Assembly: GCA_013239625.1 (NCBI GenBank)
Contig: MU053933.1
Coordinates: forward strand, 2,629,026-2,693,025
DNA: 64,000 nt
Direction of reading: 5' to 3'
Source of the DNA: Lama guanicoe
Taxonomy: Eukaryota
The notes beneath the pieces were generated by a model that was given only the letters and a program-made list of their open reading frames with translations, ran no database searches and was not told the origin of the DNA. Positions 12,180-22,804 of the stretch are shown here, piece after piece; position 1 is the stretch's first letter; the number at the start of each line of letters is the position of its first letter. The position numbers and the translations under genes are program-made.

Positions 12180-12328
12180 TAACAAAGATGATCAAAAAAG
12201 ATCCATCTTTCAGAGGTCGGAGCGCGGAGGCTTCAGGCTGAAGGACAGCGTCCAGTTCCACCTGTACATCAGCACCTCCCCCTGCGGCGACGCCCGGATC
12301 TTCTCGCCGCACGAGCCGCTTCTCGAAG
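12180..12328 (+). CDS. ADARB1: ADARB1 exon 5 with the Zn ligand in STSPCGDARIF
   Basis: cctttcag|T AAC AAA GAT; donor GAAG|gtgggc; 149 nt. Confidence 0.97.
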
Positions 12329-13348
12329 GTGGGCTCGGCTTCTGGCGGCCGGTGCTCCCCCAGAGGACCGTGCGGGCAGAGCGACCACCATCAGTGCCCT
12401 TTGTGGAGATGCCCACCTTGAATGTGGATCTGATCAGAATGTATAAAAACAGGAGGTTTTTCTTGCCAGCAATTCAGTTAGAAACTGTTAATGACGAGAA
12501 TGCAGATTCTGATAAATTAGGAAGTTAGACTAGACTCGAGAATATTGGACCAAAATTGTTTTCACTGTTTAAACGTGGGCGACGCAGGTCTCTGAGCTGG
12601 GAGCAAGCAGCCCCCTCCTGTCTCTGATGAGCTGTGAGAGCGTGTGCGGCTGCGGGCCTGGCCTTCCACAGCGGCCGACCCGGGAGGCGCCAGCACGCTG
12701 CCCTCCGCCCCGCTCTGCTCCCATTCTTGTCGGGGCTTTTGTTTGATGGCTGTTTGTACCCACAGCCCTTCCCACAATCGCAAGCATTATTTATTCCAAA
12801 AAGAACATTTGATTTCATTATTTTTCTTGATTATCAAAGCAACGCATACCCACTTAGTGAATTGCTAGACATTTTTAAAACATAAGAAGGGAAATTTAAC
12901 TCACCCCGTATCCGTGTAACCCAGAGATAATGGCTCTGGGTGTTTGTGAACGCGTCCCGTGGGTCCACTTCTGCTGCCCCATAGACGTATTGCTGGAAAC
13001 TTAACTGTACGGGGAAGAAACACGGCAAACCCCCGCACGTCCATCGCGCAGAGTGAGCAACGGCTGGCATTTTGTCCTGTGCGCTCGGCTCACCTTCAGT
13101 GATAGACAGATCGTTCGGGTGAGGTGGAAGCCGTCCTTCCCCAGCCCCTGAGGGGCCCCTTTCCCGGCCTTGGTGTGTGTTGCATCGTCCTGTTCAGTTT
13201 TGTGTTCTCAGATGGCAATGCGTGTCTTCCGTGCGCACAGGGTAGGCGTGCACACGGGTGTGACTGGCAGCCGTTGTTAGATGTGCTTCTCAGTGAGGTG
13301 AGCGACGGCGGCTGTGGCGGAGTCTCTCACCCTGTGTGTCTCTTGCAG

Positions 13349-13517
13349 AACCAGCAGACAGACATCCGAATCGGAAAGCCAGAGGGCAGCTACGGACAAA
13401 GATAGAGTCCGGCGAGGGGACGATCCCGGTCCGCTCGAACGCGGGCATCCAGACGTGGGACGGGGTGCTGCAGGGGGAGAGGCTGCTCACCATGTCCTGC
13501 AGTGACAAGATGGCCCG
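13349..13517 (+). CDS. ADARB1: ADARB1 exon 6 with the base-flipping loop (KIESGEGT) and Zn ligand MSCSDK
   Basis: tcttgcag|AA CCA GCA GAC; donor CG|gtaagg; 169 nt. Confidence 0.97.
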
Positions 13518-13989
13518 GTAAGGCCCCGGCCGTGCGCCGCGCCCACCCCCGTGCGTTCCTCGGGTTCCGTGAAGGATCAACTTCGAGACAGGTGCTTCAG
13601 GGCCACCTTGAGGGCATACAGGCGGGCCTCTGTGGGCCTGGACTTCTGGGTTTCCACGGAAGCCTCATTACAGAGGCCCCGTCGGTAGCATCATCGGCCG
13701 TTGGCGTCAGAGCGCCACCTCCAGCCCCTCCCCTGGTGCCGGTGGGGCGCGGCCAGCCTCTGGCCTCACACGGTGGCTCCACAGACAGCCAGACCCCACC
13801 TGCAGGCGGCTGATGAAATTTGCCTCATTCAGGCAGCAAAAGACGCCCTCACGGGTCCTTCACTTAGGAAGTTCCAGGAGTTCTAAGAGCTGTGAGGCAA
13901 GAACCCCAGCAGAAGGCCAAACGTATGCAAGGGAAGTGGATTTTTGGTTGTCTGAATGATGAAGTGCACCTTTCTGATAAGTCACAACG

Positions 13990-15300
13990 TCACAAAGACT
14001 GCGGCTTCGTGGTGAGCCATGGAGCCGGTCGTGCCCGTTCTCCAGCTGTTTGTCCTCCTCCAGGGAGCTGGAGGCTCTTCTGGGCCTTCTGCCCGTCTTC
14101 AGGATCAGCTGTCGACATCCGGAAGATACCTTGCTGGGGTTCTGACGGCTTCTGTGCTGAGCCTGTAGATCTGGCTGGGAAGAGCTGACGCCGTGACAGT
14201 GTTGAGTCTTCCTGTCCGTGAACACGAGGCAGCTCTCGTTTATCTGGTTGCTCGACTCCTTCATCAGCTTTGTAGTTTCCCTCTATAGGTCCTGTGTATG
14301 TTTTGTTAGATTCGTACCTAAGTATTTAATTTTCGGAGGTATTAATAACGTAAACAGTATTGCTTTGAATTTCACTTGTTCGTTGTCACAACTGCTTTTT
14401 GATCAACACCAAGTCAGTCAGGAGGAAAGAATAGTCTTTTCAACAAACGGTGCCGGGACAATTGGAGACCCCAGCGTAACAACCACCAAATGCGCTTCAC
14501 GTTCTGCGCCATAGGCAAAAACTAACTCAAAACATGTCACAGACCTAGACGTGCGAAAGTTCTAGAAGCAGGAAACGATCCTGGCACCTCGCGTGGGCAG
14601 TGTCCCAGAAGCAGCCCCGACGCGCTCTCCATAAAGGGAGAAACGGTAAACTGGATCTCATCGAGTTAAAAATTACTTCGTTGAAAAACACTATTAAAAG
14701 AATGAGAAATGAAGTCACCGACTGGAAGAAAATGTTTACAAATCATGTGTCTGATAAAGGACCTGGACCCGGGACATGTAAAGACCCTCAAAACCCAACG
14801 AGGAGGAAGGACTGTTTAAAGGACGGGCGGAGTGTCTGAACGGCCACTTCACCAAAGCGATGCCCAGCAGGCCTGCGGACAGATGCCGCATGGTGAGCCA
14901 GCAGGCAGGCCGGCCCCAGCCCAGCTGGGGTGTAAGTAGCGTAGTCAGCTTGGAAGACAGTCTGACGGTTTCTTGAAGGTTAAAGGCGCGCCTGCCCAAC
15001 GCCAGCTGTTCTGCCGCTCTGCTTCCCGAGGGACGTGGAAGCGTGTGTCACACAGACTCACCCAGGGGTGCTCCCGGCGGCGTCTCTGAAAGCGGGAAGC
15101 AGCCCAGTGTGTAAACGGGGTGTGTCCGTGCGACAGAACACTGCTCTGGCGAGAAACAGAGTGAACAGCGATGTAGCCGAGCCCACATGGACACGTCGCA
15201 GAACAGTGGTGCAGAGTGTGCGGAACCAGAGCGGAAGGAGTGCTTGCTGTGTGACTCCACGTGCGCAGACGTCTAGCAAATGCAGACCACCTGCCAGGGA
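13990..15300. mobile_element. Old L1 (L1M-type) 3' fragment with inverted 5' part: antisense about 13990-14385, sense about 14386-15300
   Basis: Antisense ORF2 words (ttttgttagattcgtacctaagtattt) are followed directly by sense ORF2/3'UTR words (atagtcttttcaacaaacggtgc, catgtgtctgataaaggac). Boundaries approximate. Confidence 0.8.
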
Positions 15301-17384
15301 CAGACAGCTGGCCAGGCGCGGGGGCGGGGCAGCGGGCACGGGGCCTGGGGCAGGGCGTGCAGAGGCTTCGGGGAGCTCGCGGGGCTGCGCGCCTCTGCCC
15401 GCCTGCACCACGGGCAGGGGCCTGCGTGTCCGACGCCCCCCAGCCGCTCGCAGAGAAGAAATCCTGGCGAGCGAGAGAACGGTCGTCAGTAAACGACAGA
15501 GCACGAGCAATGGAACAAACGCACGTGAGCGGCAAGAAGGGAACAGCGGGGGCAGGGAGACGGCGTTTCGTGTGCAGCAGAGACAAGCGACCGCAGCTGC
15601 CAGGCCGGTGCAGCCACTGCGGGAGCGCGATGCGGCCACGGGCCCGCCGTCCGGCCCAGCGCGGGCAGGGGAGGCGGCGTCGGGGTGCGCCCGGCAGCTG
15701 CGAGGGGCGCTACGGACAGCTTCCCTCCCCGTGGGTCCTGAAACTGAAACTGAAGTTAAAAGGTTTTAGGAAAATGTGCTTTCTTAAAATTGACTCAAGC
15801 AAAGCAGAAAATTTGAATGGAATTGTAGGCATTAAAGGCATTAAACCAGTCCCCCACTTTCAGGAAAGAAAGAAGTTGAAGAAACTCCGAGGAAGGAGGT
15901 GGCTGTGGAGAGAAACGGCTCTCCCCGAGTCCGCTGCACTTTGGGGGCGGGCAGCCGTCCCCGCTTTCTGTGTCTAGAGATCAGAAGAACAGGGGAAGAG
16001 CCCCAGCTCGTACTGCAGGGTGCTGCCGCCTGTGTCCCCCAGCCAGACGGGGCGGGGCGAGGCGGCAGGCCAGCCGCAGTGCAGACAGGCGCGCGCAGCA
16101 GCTCCGGTAGCACTCGGACTCGTTTGGCCAGGTTTTCCACATCTGTAACTAAAGCAATGTAACTGAAGTCTCGTCATTTTTCATAGCACTTGAAGATCTA
16201 TCCCAACACTCAGTTGGAAGAGTGACCGTGTAAGTCCGGGCGGCGGCGGCAGAAGGCTGCTGTCACGGGGGACAGATCCGGAAGGGACGGCCGGGTGCAG
16301 GGAGAACCGCTGATGCTGAGTTTGCCGCTACTTAAAAGGAAGTGTGAACCAAATGGAAGCGTGCTCCTCTCTCACGGGAGAGCACATGCAAAGGCAGGCC
16401 GCCCAGAGCTGCTGCGTCGGCTCTCTGGTTGCCCGGAGGCCGGGTTCCGGCTTCCCACCCTGTCCATCCTGCATCCTGTTCTCAGAGCCTTCCCAGCGCC
16501 CAGAGGTGGCCAGATGCCAGCCTGGGGTCTGAGTCCCGGCAGCAGAGGGCCCAGCGGCAGGCCGCCAGCTGGCTCTGTGCCCCTGAGCAGCTACGTTTCA
16601 CCATCTAGAGCCCGGGCAGGGGTCAAGTCTCCCTGCGGAGCAGGCTCGGGGAGCCGTCTGGAGGAGGATGGAGGCTCTGTCGCCCAGAAGGGAGGGAACG
16701 CGGGGCCGCTGCTGCGATCTGTGCTGTGTGCGGCTCACAGAAGAGGTGGCCTGGTCAGCGTGGGGACCGTGTGCACGCAGGGAACTGAGCCCTCCTTCCG
16801 CCCGTGCACGGAAGCATCTTCCAGACAGAGGAGGACCTGGGTGTGAAAAGGGGTGCCCGGCAGCATTTGGAGCCTGCACCTCGGCGTTTTCTTAAACAGG
16901 GCACAGAAAACCCAAGTTATAAAGAAAAACAAGAGTAAATTTGGCTGAATTGAGATTTTAAAACTTATGTACTAAAATCCCCACAGATACATTGTGAAGA
17001 GAAGGCCATGCACTGGGAAAAGGGTTCTGACTCACAGAACCAGCAGGGGGTATAAAGACAGTTCCTGCGGCTCAGCCAAGGGCCTTTGCCGGCAGGATGT
17101 GACCCTTCCGCCTCCTTGAAATGCGGGTCCCCCGCACGCGCTTGAAAGTCAGGCCTCAGTGATGTGAAGCCTTGAGGTCCGTGTGGACGGTGCCTCATCT
17201 CAAGGAGAAGGCAGAGGTGAACGGGCGGGAGCACAGGGCGCAGGGATGGCTCCTGGCAGGGACGGCTCCTGGCAGGGACGGCGTTGGGACAAGCGCCCAG
17301 CCGCTCCTCCTCTCACCCCTCCACTCCAGGTGGCCCCTACCCGCGCCCCCCGCCCCCGCCAGCTGGCGCCCTGCAGGTCAGCTC

Positions 17385-17960
17385 AGGTCTGACACCTCCC
17401 GGGGTTAGTGCAGACCCCCAGTTTCGGGGCTCACCCACGAGGCTGCGCCTCAGACACCGGGTGCTGGCATTGGGTGCCCAGGGTCTGACTGGGCTGCACC
17501 CCGAGGGTCCCTTGACCCTCCCTGGGTTGAGGACCTTAGTGGAATGGCTCCCAGAGCTCAGGGAAAACCTCCGCCTTAGGTTTACTGGCTGGTTATCTAT
17601 CAGGGAAACCACCCAGGAGCAGCCAGTTGGTGGGGGTCCTAGGGGTGCGGGGGGAGGGGTGTCCCAGCCCCCAGCTCCTAGCCCTGACCCTAGGGGCCTT
17701 CGTGCAGATTGATCGGATCCTTGGCCCTTGGTGATTAACTCAACCCAGCCCTCCCCTCCATGGAAGGGTGGGGGCGGGGCTGAGTCCCAGCCTGCGATCT
17801 GCGGCTGGTTTCCCTGGAGACCAGCCTCTCCCTCCTCATTTGCATAAACTCTGAGTCGGCTGAAAGAAGACTGTCATTCAACGCCACACCACCCCTGGCT
17901 GGAGGGCGCCCCCGCCGCGCCCTGGTCCCTGCCGAGAGGGCGTGTAGAGTCCCCAGGGAA
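17385..17960. mobile_element. Degenerate LTR, MER21-like
   Basis: Motifs tctgacacc...gttagtgcagacccc, gaatggctcccagagctcagggaa, ttggtgattaactcaa, cctcatttgcataaactc resemble the MER21 consensus from memory. Confidence 0.6.
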
Positions 17961-19844
17961 GGTCGATGGGCAGGTGCCAGGCCAGCTGACCTGTGTCTCA
18001 CAGGGGCCGGGCCGTGGGCTCAGGTGAGAAGGGAGGTGCCGCCTGTCCATCCAGCGGGCAGCGTGGCTGAGATGTGGCACGGGAGCTGCATGGGGCACAG
18101 CGATGGGAGGGGCCTGCAGGGACCCACCAGCTCTGCTGGGCCATGAGAGGGAGGGTCCCAGCCTCCAGGCTCTGGGTGCACCCCCACCCCCAGGGCTGCA
18201 GCTTGGCTGTTCAGAGCTGCAGGGGGAAAGGGGCTTCCACTGTGCTGGGGGTAGGCTGGGGTCAGTGCAGGGAAGCCGGATGGGGGTGAGGCAGCAGGAC
18301 CTGCTCTGAACCCCGTGCTCCAGAGGTAACGTGTAAGGAAGGGGAGAGCAGGAGGCCACTCGCGGGTCACGGGGTCGTGGGGTCGGCTGGGCAGGGGCGC
18401 AGCACCCCCTGTGCCGGCTTCCAGCTTTGCCTGGGGGCAGTGGCTGCCTGAGCACGCCCTGTCGCCATCACTGCCCAGCCCTGCTGGGTCTTTCTCCCGG
18501 GGGAGTCTCGCCCTCACCGTCGCAGGGCTCGCTGGCGGGAGGCGTGCCCTAGCGGTTCCATCCCAGGGCCTCCGCAGAGCGGCCCGGCTCCTGGCTCCTC
18601 CGACAAGGCCTGTGTTCGGCATCTATGGCTTGTAGCAACACAGGCTTCTGTCAGATCACGGCTCTGAAGGTTCCCCGGGCGGCTGCTCTCAGCTCCTGAC
18701 TTACTTGAGAAAGCGACCCGTGTACTTTGCAAGCGCTGAGTTGTCTCCTGCTTTCTCACTGGGCAGGAAAACCAGGTTTTGATGTCGTTGTTGGGGAGCG
18801 GGAGGCCTGGGCTGTCGGAGTCAGGACTTACCGCCCGTTCAGCATGTATTTGCTGCTCTGCGTGTACCAAGTTGCGGCTCCAGTGAATTAAACAGAGACC
18901 CTCCTGTGTGGAGCTTCTGTACTTGGGCGGGTTTGAGGGGGAAGTTTTGCGGGAAGTTAGCCAACCGATGTGGGGGCCAGTTTGGCTCAGGTGATGGCTG
19001 CAGACGGAGATGGGGGCGCTGAGGCCAGGGACTGTCTGGGGACTGTGTTCCAGGGTGAAGGGATGGTGGTCAAGGTCCTGAGGGAGCAGAAGGAGCCCCG
19101 CGGCCGGAGCCTGGGGGAGGGGCGGTGGCAGGAGGCAGGGAGCCGGGGAATGCCAGGTCAGACAGGCTGGCGGGGACTGGGATGTGTCGTTTGGGAGGAA
19201 GATGGGGAGTGTTGGGAGGTTTCGCACTCAGAGTGGCCTGTCCTGCCTGGGCTGGGCCCTGGGGGCGGGGGCTGTGGTCACCGGATTGCCCTTGGGAGGG
19301 GCGGCGAAGTGGGCAGGAGGTGACCTGACCCGGGATCAGCAGAGGCAGTGGCACCAGCAGCCCCTGATCTGTTCTGAGAGGAAGTCCCGAGGCTTGCTGG
19401 CCGCTGGCCTGCGACAGGGATGGGGAGGCGGCCGTGGTCCCAGCCATTTGGCTTGAGCCAGAGCGCGGGCTGACCCCCTCTCGGAGCAGGAAGCATCAGT
19501 TCCCATCCACAGGGGCTCCCTTAGAGCTCCCATCTTTATTAACGTAATAAAATAGAGATTTACTTCTCCGTTTGATTTCCCTTAAGAGAAACGTGGCTTA
19601 TTGACACCTTTTCCTAACTGATCTTCAGTAAATGGTGTCGTCATGAGAAACACAGACCAAAGATCGTTCCAGCTCTAGATGACTTTTAAGCAGGTTTTTC
19701 TTTTTAAAATGTTTAGCTGCTGAGTCACCTGTTTCCTCTTTGAATGGCTGGCACGTGCACAAAACGCCCAGCACGTCGGTGTCAGCGCGGTGGGGTGGTG
19801 AGCCCGAGGCCGCCCGCACTGAGCTCCTGTCCCTGTGCCCCCAG

Positions 19845-20026
19845 GTGGAACGTGGTGGGCGTCCAGGGCTCCTTGCTCAGCGTCTTCGTGGAGCCGATCT
19901 ACTTGTCCAGCATCATCCTGGGCAGCCTGTACCATGGGGACCACCTCTCCAGGGCCATGTACCAGCGCATCTCCAACATAGAAGACCTGCCCCCCCTCTA
20001 CACCCTCAACAAGCCTCTGCTCAGCG
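19845..20026 (+). CDS. ADARB1: ADARB1 exon 7 ([11 protein letters not shown]...LNKPLLS-G) ending in a GC donor
   Basis: ccccag|G TGG AAC; only the junction AGC G|gcaagt keeps frame with exon 8; 182 nt. Confidence 0.95.
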
Positions 20027-20491
20027 GCAAGTATCTCCGTGGCCTGTGTCCTCTCCCCACGGACCTGGTTTGCGGCGTGGAAGTCTTAGGAGCACAGTTC
20101 TGGGCGGGGGCAGCTGCCCTGTGGCGGGCGCTGGCCGTTCTGAAGGGCAGAGGCAATGGGTCATTTAAGGGAGTCCCTCGGGGTTACTGTCTCTTGCTGA
20201 CTGAAAACCTTGCCGTTTACGGGGAAATTACAGCCCAGGTCCTGCACCTCCGTGCGGCCCGTTCACCCATCCTTACGTCTCAGCCGTAGAGGCTCACAGA
20301 TGCCAGCCATGAGGGTTACGCAGGCATCGGCCGCCCTCGCTTAAGCTGGGCTGGGCCTCGCGGGACAGGCGCCCACGGCGGTGAGCGGGCCGCCCGGAGG
20401 AGGCCGGTGCTGCAGCGCGTGCCGGGACAAGCGGGCGACCACCCCCAACTCCGTGCCCTGTGTTACCGGTTGTTTGTTGTTTTTCTTCTAG

Positions 20492-20584
20492 AGTGTCAGA
20501 GGCTAGCAGTAAAGTGAGCAAGCGCTTTTGAATTCAAGGGTCCTAAGCTCTCAGTTCGCCCTTATTTAAAAGGACACAGTTAAG
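20492..20584 (+). other. ADARB1: 93-nt stop-containing cassette exon in intron 7 (probable orthologue of human ADAR2 exon 7a)
   Basis: Strong acceptor ttgtttgttgtttttcttctag| and donor AAG|gtattt give exactly 93 nt; in-frame TGA at 20515-20517. Confidence 0.8.
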
Positions 20585-20673
20585 GTATTTTTATCCTTTT
20601 GAAAATATCGCTTTACTTACTTTTTTTAAGCTCAGAACTAAACCCCTAACCCTAAACTAGAATGCCTCTTTCG

Positions 20674-20676
<3 letters not shown>

Positions 20677-20706
<30 letters not shown>
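20677..20706. repeat. (TG)n microsatellite
   Basis: About 15 TG units. Confidence 0.95.
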
Positions 20707-20710
<4 letters not shown>

Positions 20711-22804
20711 GTTCTGTGGTGCTCGCTACTGGCACATTTTTAACTGGAGGAAAGCAGTGTGGAATTTTATTTGAAAGCATGTCTCTTAAACCCACAAATT
20801 CTGCCAGAACCGAGAAAAACAAAGGTTGTTTTGGGGCAAATCTTACAGCTCTCTAACCTTATCTGTTATCTTTTAAGAAAAAAAAAATAGACTGATAAAA
20901 CGCGATGGCGTGTAAGTTGAAGCTGTAGCGCACATCCGTTGGCGTTCTGCTGGTAGACGTGAAGCAAGTGCCTTCTGGTGTGTGTTGGTGTATGAATTCC
21001 TCATGAGTCAGAAAGTAATCTTCCCTGTTTAGTCTCTGGTCTGTGTTTGGAGGCAGACTGCCCTGTTTCATTTCAGCTGTCACTTGTCTTTTATGTTCAT
21101 AGACACTGGAACGTCGTGTGGAGTCCGTGGCACGTGGGCGGTGCTCAGGAAGAGCTGTTGGCAGGTGCCTGGTTGAGCGGTGCCGAGCATTGTTGCCTCT
21201 GTCACCATGATCTGAAAAGACAGGGTCGTTTTGCTGGAAGCGTGTTCTGAGGTGCTGGGAGGAGGGCTCACTGACAGAGGTCAGGTGTGTGCTTCCCACG
21301 TCGTGTGCGTGAGGTGCATCCGTGTCTGTACGAACACACGGACAATACTGCTTCGGTGCTGCACCATGCAGATTTGTTAAAAACATGAAGTTATAAATAG
21401 CAAAAGAGTCTGCTCTTCCGTCTTCCTGCCTGACATCACTTCTGATCCCCGAAGTGGGACGCTCAGCCCTTGCGGTCGGGCCCCCTGCCGCGGGCCTGGC
21501 TTGGAGCTCGCCTCATCGGCAGCCCCGTGCAGCTTCTTCACCTGCCCGGGATGGGCTGGGCCGGGTGCCGGCACGGCCCTCCCAGACCAGTGGGGAGAGT
21601 CCTGTGAAACTCAGGGACAGCCTCAGGTCTCAGGGAGCAAGTGTTTCTCAAATGCTGAGCCAGGGGACAAGGTCCCTGGCCTCAAAGTCTATTTCAGAAT
21701 GCAAACTGTTTGAAATGGCTCACTTCGGATAAATGCTTTATTTGGAACCAGTGGTGTTTTGTTGTCCCTTTGAGAGAGCTCACATCGGCACTGCAGGGAG
21801 CTGGGAGAAGACGCCTTAGGGTGGGGGAGCGAGGCCTGAGAGGGAGGGCAGCAGGATGCCCCGCAGAGCAGCAGCGAGGTCCGGCCTCCCGGGGAATCCA
21901 GCTCACAGGCAGAACGACGACAGGTGCCTCCCAGAGGAAAGATTTGGTCCAGAGAAATCTGGAGGGGGTGTCGCTGTCATAACGGTTTGGGAGGGCCCAC
22001 TGCCCTGTGCAGGGCCCCACGGTAAAGCCGTCAGAACTCTCTCTCACAGCGAGGTCCCACAGGGAGTGAGTGACTGGTCCAGGGTGGACCCAGCATCCTG
22101 GGGCCCCTCTGGTCCTCTTGCAGTGCAGACGTGTGCGTGTAACCAGCCACGCAGGTTGTTGCTCTTTGTCCACCTCTCAGTTTACCGCGGGCCGCTCCCA
22201 TGCTGGGGCAGAGTGGTGTGTAACAGCAGCGAGAGAGCTTTGCGTCCTCGGGGAGCGACGAGAATGGGCCACGACGTGCTGCGGAGGATGGCGCGGAGGG
22301 CAGCTGGTTTGCCTGGAAACCAGAGCAGACAAGACAGACGTTCATGAACGATGTAGCGATGGGCTGTTCTTGCAAATGCCGACAAGGTTAAAACGAGAAG
22401 GATTTCACTTGCGTTTCAGCATAGAAAGTAAACTCCCAGGAGGGACCTGCCGGTGGCAGCGGTGCCGCGTGAGCCCCGCCTCGGACACTCAGGTGCGGCT
22501 CTTCCCGGGGACTTGGAAGCAGAGCCTCGGCGCCCTCGCACTCCTCCTTTTCCGTTAAGTTTCAGATCCGACACCTGCGAGTCTCAGAATAGTTCTGCGT
22601 CTCGTTCACTCCGTTGGCCCTTGAGTCTGAGTTTCTCGACTGGCCGGTGTGCTGTCAGGCACCCCGAGAGATCTCAAGAGGTAGGACCAAGGTGCTTGAC
22701 TGTCCCGGGGCTGTGGGGACAGCCAGGCTGCCCCGGCTCACGGGGTCAGACTCCTCTCAGTGCTGGCTCTACTGCCAACACCGTCACAAAACAGTAACAG
22801 GCAG

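Noticed and set aside
12329..13348. Primate Alu-derived exon 5a or rodent 30-nt insertion between exons 5 and 6
   Set aside because: No Alu sequence in this 1020-nt intron and no GT donor 30 nt after exon 5.
20638..20658. Telomere-like ctaaacccctaaccctaaac
   Set aside because: Only one or two true TAACCC units; not significant.
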